Shown one piece after another: positions 14,215 to 27,600 of a stretch of DNA of 64,000 nt. Position 1 is the first letter of the stretch. Every line of letters begins with the position of its first letter. Location: the NCBI RefSeq assembly GCF_003918875.1, contig NW_025766936.1, forward strand, positions 1,054,001-1,118,000, read 5' to 3'. A program made the position numbers and the translations under genes. The notes beneath the pieces were generated by a model. That model was not told where the DNA came from, did not search any database, and saw nothing but the letters and a program-made list of their open reading frames with translations. Source of the stretch: Haliotis rubra. Taxonomy: Eukaryota.

Positions 14215-15510
14215 CCGTTACATCCCTTACAGTTGATTATTCAGACATATCAGTACATCCCTAGCAGTTCCTTATTCAAACATATTGTTACATCCCTAGC
14301 AGTCAAAATTAAAACATATTGTTACATGCCTAGCAGTTCATTATTCAAACATATTGTAACATCCCTAGCAGTTCATTATTCAAACATATTGTTACATCCC
14401 TAGCAGTTCATTATTCAAACATATTGTTACATCCCTAGTAGTTCATTATTCAGACATATTGTTACATCCCTAGCAGTTCATTATTCAAACATATTGTAAC
14501 ATCCCTAGCAGTTCATTATTCAAACATATTGTTACATCCCTAGCAGTTCATTATTCAAACATATTGTTACATGCCTAGCAGTTCATTATTCAAACATATT
14601 GTTACATCCCTAGCAGTTCATTATTCAGACATATCAGTACATCCCTAGCAGTTCATTATTCAAACATACTGTTACATCCCTAGCAGTCAAAATTAAAACA
14701 TATTGTTACATCCCTAGCAGTTCATTATTCAAACATATTGTTACATCCCTAGCAGTTCATTATTCAAACATATTGTTACATCCCTAGCAGTTCATTATTC
14801 AAACATATTGTTACATCCCTAGTAGTTCATTATTCAAACATATTGTTACATCTCTAGCAGTCAAAATTAAAACATATTGTTACATCCCTAGCAGTTCATT
14901 ATTCAAACATATTGTTACATCCCTAGCAGTTCATTATTCAAACATATTGTTACATCTCTAGCAGTCAAAATTAAAACATATTGTTACATCCCTAGTAGTT
15001 CATTATTCAAACATATTGTTACATCCCTAGCAGTTCATTATTCAAACATATTGTTACATCCCTAGCAGTTCATTATTCAAACATATTGTTACATCCCTAG
15101 CAGTTCATTATTCAAACATATTGTTACATCCCTAGTAGTTCATTATTCAAACATATTGTTACATCCCTAGCAGTTCATTATTCAAACATATTGTTACATC
15201 CCTAGTAGTTCATTATTCAAACATATTGTTACATCCCTAGCAGTTCATTATTCAAACATATTGTTACATCCCTAGTAGTTCATTATTCAAACATATTGTT
15301 ACATCCCTAGCAGTTCATTATTCAAACATATTGTTACATCCCTAGCAGTTCATTATTCAAACATATTGTTACATCTCTAGCAGTCAAAATTAAAACATAT
15401 TGTTACATCCCTAGCAGTTCATTATTCAAACATATTGTTACATAACTCGCAGTTCATTATTCAAACATATTGTAACATCACTAGCAGTCAAAATTAAAAC
15501 ATTGTTACAT
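14215..15510. repeat. Minisatellite, 35-bp unit (33-bp variant), about 37 copies, just downstream of the MOB1 stop codon
   Basis: Unit CATATTGTTACATCCCTAGCAGTTCATTATTCAAA, with variant ...GCAGTCAAAATTAAAA. Confidence 0.97.
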
Positions 15511-15601
15511 CTCTATCAAGTCACAAGATGACTGTAGACTCTGCAGAATCACTGTAAACATTGAAAACCATTAGAGCCAGGTGGTTCCTGGGGATTGGCA
15601 T

Positions 15602-18600
15602 CTATCGGTCCTTGCTGGTGAGTTTATCAATCAGCTCCTGTAAAGGGGCTAGTTCCTTTCTGTCTATGAGGTTGAACTCCTGCACAAAGAAGATGAAGTG
15701 CTTGAAGGATGTGTTGAGGTGGGCCTCCTCACTCAGCTGGACCACCTCCTTGAAGTGCTGGTGGTAGATATGTGCATACACACGAAACAGGCGCTTCAGG
15801 ATCGTTTTGGCAATGGACAGGAAGTTCTTTGGAAATGGCACACCTTGAATAAAAAGAAGCAATTATACTTTGTTTACAGGTAAATCATAATGATAAAATT
15901 ATTAAAATCTAAATATTTTAGATATTTAAATACTTACCTTACCATAGGTCTTATGCTTATTACCTGAAGCTCCGCTTAAAAGAGATCAGACAGTCGTTGA
16001 TTCGCCATTCTCTAGAATGGCTGCCTCAAGTATCGACGAGTGTACAGGAACGGAAGTGACGTGATCTCCCCTCTCTGCGCTCAAGCGTGGTCTATCCAAA
16101 AATTACTTTTACTGACCACGTCCGAAGAGCCCAGAGAAGGGAGGAGCATCAAGCGTTGGGAGGGAGTTACCGCCCTATTGTAAGGTAAGTATTTAAATAT
16201 CTAAAATATTTAGATTTTAGTAAATTTTTAACTCACCTTACCATAGGTCTTATGCATATGGATTCGACAGTAGGATGGCGGTGTCGGTGTCGGGTGTCGT
16301 CCCATGAAGAAAAACAAGACCACATGCCAAGGGAAACCAAGGAAACTAACTGAAAGCAGACTGTCGCAGGAAGCGCCTGGAACAAGAAACAGATAGTGAC
16401 CCAAGGAAACCCTAAGGAAAACAATACACCCAGGGCGTAAGTTATCCTAAAGACCAGAAGGTAAGGAGAAGTAGTTACCTAATGGGCTGTAGGTCGGGTG
16501 GGTTGCTGGGCAACCCTCAGTGGACCAAAAGATTGCAGACCTTCAACATCCTCGACGGCCAGATCCCGCAGGTAGTGGCTAGCGAAGACAGTAGAGGACT
16601 TCCAGGAGCATCCCTCCATGATGGCTGGAACGGTGCAGTTCCTATGGAGAGCCATGGTGGACGCCAGGGCCTTAATCTCGTGCGGGTTATTGGCTGTAGG
16701 ATGAGGCAGATCTAGTGCATCGTAGGCAGCCAGGATGGTCGTACGTAGCCAGAGCGCAATAGTATTCCTATTAACTTCACCTTTTGCCGCACAGGAAAAC
16801 AGGATGTACAGTCTCTTACGAGAGTGCCTCCTGGATGATGATTTGGCAATATACATCTTAAGCCCTCACAGGACAAAGCAGCTGTTCCTCAGCGTTGTGG
16901 GGTCCTAAAATGGAAGCCAATGGAGGAATGGAGAACATTCTGTCTAGTTGTCCTGGCAGCTGGTTCTTAGCCACGAAATCCCAAAGCAGTCCCAAATGAA
17001 CAAGCCCATGCTGTGACTTCTCAAAATGCACCCTGGTGACATCCAAAGTGTGGATCTCGCTGACTCTAGCTGCCGTGGCCAAGGCCAAGAGAAACGCTGT
17101 CTTCCTGGAGAGGTTCTCGAATGAAGCAGTGTCTAAAGGCTCGAAAGGTGGATCTTTCAGATGCCGGAGAACAATGTTAAGGTCCCAAGGAGGAGGACGA
17201 AACTTTGCCTTCTGGTCCTCCAGCTTGAAGGCTTTGAGTACGGCAATGAGCTCCGGCACCTTGGAAATCTTTTTGTCGCACTTGACCGCCAAAACAGAGT
17301 TAAGAGCCGATAGTGTTGCCCTTGAGACGCCGGGACTTCCGAAGGAAAAGAAGGAACTCTGCTATAAACTGAGGAGAAGCTTTCAATGGGTCCTTGGACT
17401 TCTGTGCACAAAACTTCTCAAAGGAAGTCCACTTATCATCGTAGAGTGATCTAGTGGAGACTCGATGAGCACGAGCAATAACCTTGGCTACACCTGTGAA
17501 GAAGCCCTTGGCCTTCAGTGCCTTTTGCAGATGATCCAGCCATACAGATGAAATCGAGTCGGATCAGGATGCAGCTGTCGACTGCGGATGCCTGAGCAGG
17601 TGAGGCCACTCTGGTAACTGTTGCGGACTTCCTTCAGCGAGACGGCGCAGATCTGGGAACCAGGTTCTGGTTGGCCACCAAGGCGCGACCAAAAGCAGAT
17701 GAATCGTCTCTGTCTGCTTAACCTTTGCTATCACTGCTGGCAGCAGAACTGGTGGTGGAAAGGCGTATGCGTCCAGACCCTCCCACGACAAGGACATGGC
17801 TTCGACTGCCCATGTCGCCGGATCTGGAACCGGAGACACGTACAACGGATTCTGTTTGTTGAACCGAGTCGCAAACAGGTCGATCAGAGGACGGCCGTGA
17901 CTGTGACATAGAAGGTTGAAAGCTTCTGTTGGCGACGGCTTGCTTGGCCTTGAGAGAGCGTCTGCTAGGACATTCTTGCACCCTGGAATGTACCGGGCTC
18001 TGACTGTGATGCCATTGTTGTCCAGGAGACTGGCCAACAGGAAGGTCTGCTCCAACAACTGCTTGGACCTGGTCGTTCCCTGGTTGCGAATCAACCACAC
18101 CACCGTAGAATTGTCCGACGCTATCAGAACCTTGGTGTCCTGCAGCAGAGGCGTCCAGTGTCGAACCGCTAGAATGACTGCTTGGAGCTCCAAATTGTTG
18201 ATATGCCAGCCTAGGTCGGCGTCGGACCACAGCCCCGAGGTGGTCTGGTCGTTGAGGTGTGCACCCGGACCCTGAAGAGACGCGTCAACGAAAAGTTCGT
18301 GATCGTGAACAAACTCTGTCAAGGAGACTCCTACGCAGACGTTCGACTTTACAGTCCACCAGCGGAGGTAAGCGTGGAGATGCAGAGGTAGAAGGAACCT
18401 CGACTGGAGGTCGTCGGCTTGGATGTAAGACAATAGGAAGCGCTGTAACGGTCGGAGCATCAGACGACCTCTGAGCGCCAAGTCCTGGGCTGCGGTGAGG
18501 AGACCTAAGAGGGACTGCCATTACCTGAGCGTGAGCGGCTGGGACAGACCTCGACTGGCGAAACTGACAATTTTCCTCCAGCGATCCTGTGGAATCCTGA

Positions 18601-21600
18601 CAAGGTCGCAGTGAGTCAGGAACAAGCCTCCTATAAACGTCAGTTCCTGGGACGGCTCGAGGTGGGACTTGTCTGATTTGATAATCCACCCCAGTTGTTC
18701 TAGGAGACGAATGGCAAAGTCCATCTGTTTGCAAAGCAACTGAGGGTCGAGGTGGTTCATGAGACAGTCGTCTATATAAGGGTCGAAATCGATGCCCCTG
18801 AGATGGTGAAACCGGGTGATCGGCGAGGTTATCCGAGTAAAAAAGTTTCAGAGGCCAATGCAGAAACAGGCTTCAACATCCTCTTGAGCTCTGCGTCAGT
18901 AGCCAACATCTTAGAGTCCTGCACTCGGTGAGAAGACTGTGGAGACCCGTTTAAGGGATTCATCATGAGCCGTGCCTCCATCAGCGAAATCCAGGCTATG
19001 TATCTTGTAGTCCCTTTGCGCGCGACTTAATAGTAGTATTGAGAGACAGTTTAGCAAAGTTGGCATCCAAAGAGGCCACCGCATCGGCCACCAGGTAACT
19101 GTAGGGGAACGTGGTCGTCGCGGCGAGCGGCACAAAGGAGGTGACCTTGAACGGTAGCGACTCCCACGAGTCGGCGACCTTCAACGTCTCTCCCTATCAT
19201 TGGGACGTCTGGGAGAGCGAGACCTGGAATCAGACCGGCGACAGCGATGACTAGTATCAGAACTTTGCTGGAGACTTCGAGAACGATGGCGCTGTCGAGG
19301 AGACCTAGAGTGAGACCGCTTAGAATGACGGAAACGCTCGGCTTCCTGGCGTCAGGAACTCTCTTCCAATAACTGACGCTGAAGATCCTCCTCTCGAGAC
19401 AACGTAGACACAGGAGCCTTCCTGGGGATATGGTAGTCTAACAACAGCGTTGGCATCAAGGGAGGCGCTTGTTGACACACCAATCCAGCAACATCAGAAC
19501 TAAGTGCCACGGCCGTCGGCGCTGGCTTGTGCTTCAACTGCTGCAGGCAAAAGGAGCGTCCTTAGAAGCTTCTGTACCTCCGGATGACATAAGGCATCTG
19601 ACTGAGATAAGTCCACAAAGGCATCAGACGGGCGCTGGGCATCAGCCTCCTTGGTGCAGGTGTAGACGTCTGTTCAGCTAAAGGAGAAGAGCGTCCGTCC
19701 GGCGTCCTTGGAAGAGAAGACCTGGAGCCTAACTACGAAGCAGGTGAAGACATCTTCCTCTTATGGTGCGACAATCGTTTCTTCTTGGCGGCGGTGTAAG
19801 CCTGGAAATCGGCGACCGATAACGGCGTACAAAAATGACAGCGCTCAGCAAGAGAACAGGCTACATTAGTGCAGTCCGGACACCAAGGGTGGGGATCCTT
19901 GGCAGACTTTTGCACCTTGCAGATACAGCAAAAGTGCCAGGTCATGCACACAAAGGCTGGAACACACGAAAAAAAAAGTGAAACGTAAAAACTATGTAAA
20001 CACACAGAAAAAAAAAACCTTCAGAGAAAAATGGAAACACCCCTGCAGCAAGAATGGGCACAACCAAGATGGCTGCCCCAACAGATCCGAAAAAGAGCGT
20101 GAAAAACAAGCACAACTTAGGCAACAATATCAAGAAATACAAGACCAAGCATGAATATTATGGTGAAAAAGACATAAGAGAATACAAAACACCAAACATG
20201 CCAAGTGGAGCGACACTCACGACGTGGAAACACACCCCACACCGAAGTGAGAAACACGAGGCAGCCAGGTAAGTGAAGTTTGCTTTAATTATGTTCTTCA
20301 CCCACACAGAGAAGAATATAGGATATAAAAAGCATACATACCTGAAACAAACAAGAACTTTAATATCTGAAAGAATCAGTAAGTAGCGAGCTAGCGAAAT
20401 CAAAAACCTCTCACACACAGTACGCTTGAAGTAAAAGTGATATTTGGATAGACCGCGCTTGCAAGGGGAGATCACGTCACTTCTGTTCCTGTACACTCGT
20501 CGATACTTGAGGCAGCCATTCTAGAGAATGGCGAATCAACGACTGTCTGATCTCTTTTAAACGGAGCTTGAGGTAATATGCATAAGACCTATGGTAAGGT
20601 AAGTTAAAAATATATATAAAAAATAAAAAAATAAACAGCAGTGGCTAAAAGGTTCACCTGCAAACCTTATTGTATGGTTTTACACTATTTTAGTACTAGC
20701 CAATCAACATAATGACACAGAACACCAGATATTGGGTGCACACATTAAACCCATGTGAAGAATCAAACCCATGTAAATGAGTGAGTGAGTGACTTTAGTT
20801 TTAAGCTGCACTCAGCAATATTCCAGCTATATGGCGGCGGTCTGTAAATAATCGAGTCTGGACCAGACAATCCAGTGATCAACAGCATGTGCAACGATCT
20901 GCGCAATTGGGAACCAATGACATGTGATCAACCAAGTCAGCTAGTCTGACCACCCGATCCTGTTAGTCGCCTAACCTTAGGGTTACTGAAGATCAATATT
21001 CTAACCCGGACCTTCAAAGGTTCCCAGGTAAATGAGTTAATCTTAATGATGATTCCAATACTATTTCAGTAACATCACAGCTTGTAAGCTTATTGCAGGA
21101 GAACAGCGTCCAGTAATGCCCTCAAGCAAAGACAGTACTGACAAACAAGGAAACAGAATCAAATAATACAGTCACTGTCCGATACTGACCTATTTTCGAG
21201 GGAAAGAGTGTTTCATCATCCAGCTGGTCCTGCACCCAGGTCATCAGGTAGTCGATATACTTGGGAGCCGAGCATTTGATGGGCTTCTTGATGGTCTGTC
21301 CATCAGCCCAGTGGTACTCATACTTTGGGCCCGCAGACATGACTGAACATGACTCCTCTGAGCAGAACTCCGTGATTGTGCCATACAGCATGTTGATTTG
21401 GTTGAAGAAGTCAACAGCTGGGGATGAAGTGAATAATGTCAGATCCTGATGCTTTCGGGGACGGAAATAAATTTTTGCCAACTTTGCCACAGATCACTCA
21501 TAAGGATGCTTAGGCATGTCCTTTAACATTAAAGTACACTAAGATTAGAATATTACCTTGGATCCATCATCCGACAACGTGGATGTCAATCTATCAAGAC

Positions 21601-24600
21601 TAGATAATAAGCAGTTCAAATTTTGTAAGTTTGCCACCCGTCCTTTTCTACACTAAGACTGATCATTGCATTTTTCATTCCTGAACACTCAGACTTTTCT
21701 TGTGAATCATTTTCCATGCTCTTGTGATATCATACAATAAACACTGTCCAAAGGTCCTGTAACTCACTAGACAGTGTAAGCTTCTAGGTACTGTTACTTA
21801 TCAATGCCTGCATTGGTAGAAGGCACACAATCAAAGCTGGGACAGTAGTTGGTTCCCCTTCAAAAATGCCACTGGGCACTGATTGTAACCACCAATACGT
21901 TAAACCCAGGAATTTATCTGGACAAGTCAGCCACAAGTCGTTGCAAATGTAACTAAAAATGTCCTAACTTGATTAAAATAAGTTGGGTTAGACTGGTAAT
22001 TCACTGATGACTGGAACAGTAGATAAGTAAGATCCCACAACACTTAATCCACATAATTACAGTAAATGCAACTTTTAATATCTGAATTATATGTTCTTGA
22101 AAATATTCCCAATTTTGAACAAAATGACAAGTTTCCTAATTTAGTTGTGAAGAGTGCTTAGTTTGGAATCAAATATACATGCAATTCCGTTTTTCTGCAT
22201 TATCATTAGGCTATTAAAGTTTTGATGTTAAATTATTACCAATTTTGACTTATGGATCAGAAGTTTGAGGATTCCATTCATCGCCGAATGGCGAAAATAT
22301 ACACACTAAATTCTGTAAGATAACTTGTGGATTGAGTAGAAATACTCCAAATAATTTTGTAAAATCTATCTTGGCTAGAAATTCTGGCAAAGTGTCCCAT
22401 TATTTAAAAATTGTCAAGTTTTGGCTTAGATTATTAACTCAAGAAAACTACCTGATATTAAAAAAAGCTTATACTTTCCAATATAAAAGGGCAGAGAACC
22501 GTAGAGCTTGCTGGGCACTCAAGGTTAAATCATGTTATTTTCTTTCGGATTCGCAAAGGTTTGGATTCAACAGAGTGTTGGATGGGCTGATGTATTCTTA
22601 AACCAGTTTAGGCAAAGATGTGTAGACATTGAGAATCAAATATGTCATGAAAATATTCAATCTTGCTCTAAACTTGAACTGTTCTTTGCTGTAAGAGATC
22701 ATTCTCAATATCATAACTGGGTTCGATTTATCGATGTAAAATTATTTCGGAATTAATATTTTAAATTTCCTTGGATCTAATCACCGTCTTCTAATTGAAA
22801 CAGGCAGATATTATAGAATTCCACAAAATGAACGTGTTTGCCCATTTTGTATTATACCAGTTGTCGAATATGAATTTCACTTTTGCCTCGCGTGTCCATT
22901 TTACCTTGATCTGGCAAAAAATATATTTCTTGCCACTAAGAAACGTGATTCCTTTTTCAAAGGGATATCTGTGAAATGATCTCTTTGTTACATTAATGTA
23001 CGTGTATTTAGATACAGCGCCCATGTCACAATTGTACTTCATCATGCTCTGTACTTGTATAATGGGCCGGTGGCCCCATAACTGGAATAAAAGCAACTAT
23101 TAGGCTAGCCAGTGGGCTACTCACTGTTAACTGCCACCCATTCGTTGAGGTCCTCCCCCCTCAGGAAGCATGACGGCCAGACGGAGGTTACCACTTCCCA
23201 GGGTAACCGCTGCATGTTTCATCAAGTCATACTGATGAGTTCCTTCTGGGATGTTCTTCTTAGGTTTGAAAGTTTTGTTGTTTTTACTTCCACTATAAAC
23301 AACAAAGAATGAACACCATGAATAAAACTGCCAAGGTGAAGTTAGCCTGATGTACAACTTCATTTGATTTAACATTACACTCCCCTGCCTCATTATCCCA
23401 CCAAACAATAATACTCTCTCCCCCCAAGCAACCATACGTCATTTATTCCCATGATGTGACTAATTAGCGCGTTCATGATGTCGTATTTAGCATATTCAAC
23501 TGTCACATCATTCGGCTGCGTGCAACAACAGCGACTCTGCTCAAGAAAACATGCCTGCCTCCAAAATGAAAGGTGGCACTGGTCCACTGGCTTGTAAAAG
23601 GTCTGATGGCTAGTAGGACAGGGGCTACCAAGAACCAGACAGTAGGAGCTCAAAAGGGAACAGTATACAGGACCACCAGACCCAGCAGAGGAAATAGGAA
23701 GTCACAATACACAAGGTAAGTTCGATATTGAAATCGTACGTACCAAATATTACCGTAGATAAGCCGATCTCATAGATAAGCCAACCCCCATACTCGACCC
23801 TTAAAATCACTATCAAAATGATAGGTTTCTTACATAAGCCGACCCCACGCGATGGGGTCCCAATCGCAGGCAACTCAGACCCACAAGACAAGTGGCAGTT
23901 ACCATCTTGGACGTAAAATGTAAGTATGTTTGGTGAGGATAGAATCTAATAAAGTTTTAACTGACCCCTAATTGTTCCATGCATAAAACCTATCTGGCAA
24001 TACACCAAAGTGCTGTCACATAATAGGTTATGATTATAAATATTTAAATTTGTAGAACAAAATCTGCAATTAAAATGACACCATGCTAGAATATATTTCT
24101 CTTGGTAAAATAATAGTTTCAGATACCATATTTTCCCGATCACTGCATCAGAATTCATCTTGTTATATTACTGGGTACGTCTTAACTAAATCACCAGTAG
24201 ATCGGGGTAACGTGTGCACAGCTGATTGCTATTTCCGGTTCTGTATACGAGACAGATACACACGGTAATCTTAATCCCTGCATATAAGACAATGCCTAGC
24301 AAAACAAATTAGAACTGAAAAGGTAAATAATCTTGTCTATTGATGTTTAACTGCAAATTTGACATCTGTACTGACAAAATCGTCTTCTTTTGTTCGTTCA
24401 CGTGAAGCGATATGATGTCGTTTTCTTACCAACTGACAAAAAGGTCTGACGAAAGCGTAACCCATAGATACAGTACAACCAGAAATTATTGAGAATTTAA
24501 GACTGTAATTTTTTTTTCCCTCATTCCTCACATATTAAACATGAATATTAGCAGAACATAACTCCAGATTCAAAGACAGGTGAACAGTTAGTATTTTGTC

Positions 24601-27600
24601 AAGTCACCATGGGCAGCAATGCAGGCTTCAATGTGGCGGGGCATACTACTGATCAAAGTAGTTAGAAAGTTGTGGTCCATGCTGTCCCAATATCGGACCA
24701 CCTCTTCTTTCATTTCAGCAATATTTGTCAGATTTTTCTTATTGACACTTTTCTTCATAAGTCCCCAAACATTTTCTATTGGATTTAGGTCAGGGCTATA
24801 GCTTGGCCAATCTAATAATGTCATATTTTGGGTCCGAAACCAGGCCTGTGAATGCTTTGAGCGATGTTTTGGGTCGATGTCCTGCTGGAAAATCAAAACA
24901 TTTCCATAGAACACGTGAGCAGATTTGGGTGGCATTTGAGCAGATGGAAGTAAATGTCCCTCGAGATTATCTATGTACCGCTCACTGTTCATATTCCCTT
25001 CAAATACACAGAGGGGCGTTGCCCCTAACACAGATATGCCACCCCACACATTAAATTTCGAACTGTACTGTGGGTGCTGATACAAAGGTTTTTCAGTTTG
25101 TTTGGTCCAGAATTTCAGTGTATTAGGAAACAGCCACACAGAACTTTCATCTGAGAAAATCACATTGTCCCAGTTAAAATTTCTATGCTGTAAGCACCAG
25201 TTCAACCTTCGCTCCTTTTGTTCAGGTTTCATTATCGGTAATGGAATTCCTCGACTTTTCTGCCAACCCATTGCATGCAGCTCAGTTCTAATTGTCTCCT
25301 TACAGACAGCCACAGTTCCTCTATCAATCATATCCAGCCTTAAGTTTTCTAAACTCCTTCGTTTGTTTTTAGAAACAAGAATACCAAGCCAGCTCCTGTC
25401 ACTGACAGTCAATTTCCTGGGCCTACCTGCGCCTCCCTGGTGCTCAATGCCATATCCATTTGCAATATTTTTCAAAACACGATAAACAGTTGAAATCACT
25501 TTAGCTGATCTGATGTCCTTGTTATAATACTCTAAAATCAACTTCCTCTTCTCTAAATCATCCATACTGAGGATCACTGAAAATGCCGTCTGCTAGCAAG
25601 TAAACGAAGGGGGATAACTCTTCAGAAACTAATGAAAAAGGATTAACGGAGTTGTCTCTCTTGAATGAAACCAAGCACTTGATAGCTGGTCATGGTTGTT
25701 TATACTAGAAATCCAATTAAACATATTCCTAAAATTCTCAATAATTTCTGGTCATACTATAAGACAAACCCCTGCTACAGTCTGCCTTTTTTGGTCCTCA
25801 AAATTTGGCTTATCTATGGTAGTATACGGTATTTAGGAGATGTTCAAATACTCAATAACACCCGGAAATTGGAATATTCCGTGGCCAACTCAATAACACC
25901 CGAAATGATGTTTATCGACATTGTAAACACAAAAGTAAACCAAAAGGTCCACACACGTTTTTGTGTCTGCATTCATTGACATAAAGTACGGGTACAGCAG
26001 TGCAATGTCATCAGCCGTCCGTTTCGGCTGTCTCCCATGGTAGCATCTAGGACTGCTCATTTTTGACGTCATTCGGACTTTACGTCACAATATGATTTGA
26101 ATGACGTCATCTCAGCTGACGACGTAACAATACAATGGTGTGAGCGATGTTTGTATGTATTAATTAATACACTGCGAATTTCCTGGAATCGAATACCATT
26201 TGATCACGTTTTTCAACCAATCAGATTTAAGAACACGGTGAGCATCTAGGACTGCTCATTTGTGACGTCATTCGGACTTTACGTCTCCCATGGTAGCATC
26301 TAGGACTGCTCATTTGTGACGTCATTCTGGCTTTACGTCACAATATGATTTGAATGACGTCATCTCAGCTGACGACGTAACAATACAATGGTGTGAGCGA
26401 TGTTTGTATGTATTAATTAATACGCTGCGAATTTCCTGGAATCGAATACCATTTGATCAGGTTTTTCAACCAATCAGATTTAAGAACACGGTGACTTTTG
26501 GTTTACAATAATTTGTGCGACATTCATGACCGATGCAGTTCAGTTGCCCATAAATTGCCCAACAAACGAATCTAACATAACTCTCACACAGGCAGCAATG
26601 CTTCACGACAACACGGCCCTGTGCAGGTGGGGTCTGTAGTGAAACATTGGGTGGGTGTTGGTATCATGATACTTGGTTGCCTGCTAACTACAGCTGAGGC
26701 CAAATTCTTCTGCCCGCTTCTTTCGTATGGGAGTGTTAGTATCGTTACTGAGGTCATGTCTTCCAAGCACAGCAGAGGGACAGCTTGACCTATGATAGGG
26801 TGTGTAATTTGCATGGGGGTCTGAGGTAGGACTGTGGCTTTATTGCCCCTTCCTGCATCATCCACACTGAGCCCATTATTTCCCAAAAATCGTTGTTGTT
26901 TATCTTTACTTCCATGGCAGTCTGGCCATAATGGATTAATTAATCATAGGTAAGTTCAGATACCCCTCAAAAAGTAACTCAACCTTCCAAACAATAATTG
27001 CCTTGTGTTAGATGACATCACCTTCCAAATATTTCATTGATGGCTTTCCAAAACAGTTTGGTATACCAGAGTGGATGTGCCGACATATGGCGTCTGATTA
27101 GACATTGCTTTTGAAACAGCTGTACAGGCGGAGTGACAGTTGCTAATTTGGCAAAAGTAATGGCAATTTGTTTTAGCATCACATATTGAGTACCATGGAA
27201 ACATTACAATCACAAGATCACCAGATAAAAACCATTAATATTATATTTAGAAATGGGCTATTTCTGTAGACAGGTCGAATGTACGATTATCGCATGTACA
27301 CTGTTCATGTCCCTACGTAAAGCTGCATATGTCAGCACGTACATATCCGTCCGATAGTTCATAGAGCACCAGGATCATATATACATGGCTGTTCTGGTAA
27401 CTTCTACACTACCAGCTAAAATGTGAGAATTTCTCTCTTCGATATATTCAAAACAAGTTTATTGTGTACAAAAGTTATTTACACATCATTTAATAACAGA
27501 CCTTGTTTGCTGTCAACCAAAGAAAGAAGAGGTGCGTTTTGACATTGACACTTAGAAACCGGAAGCATTTGTCAAACTGCTACGAAACCATTTGTGTAAC

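Larger units (their letters stand above)
15895..20610 (-). mobile_element. DIRS1-type tyrosine-recombinase retrotransposon (ITRs plus ICR), internally decayed, in MOB1 intron 3
   Basis: Inverted terminal repeats about 15932-16113 and 20429-20604. Internal complementary region 16181-16259 is complementary to the 3' extension (15895-15941) and to the 5' end (20576-20609). T-rich termini, no TSD. Gag, RT/RNase H/methyltransferase and YR remnants on the - strand. Confidence 0.95.
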
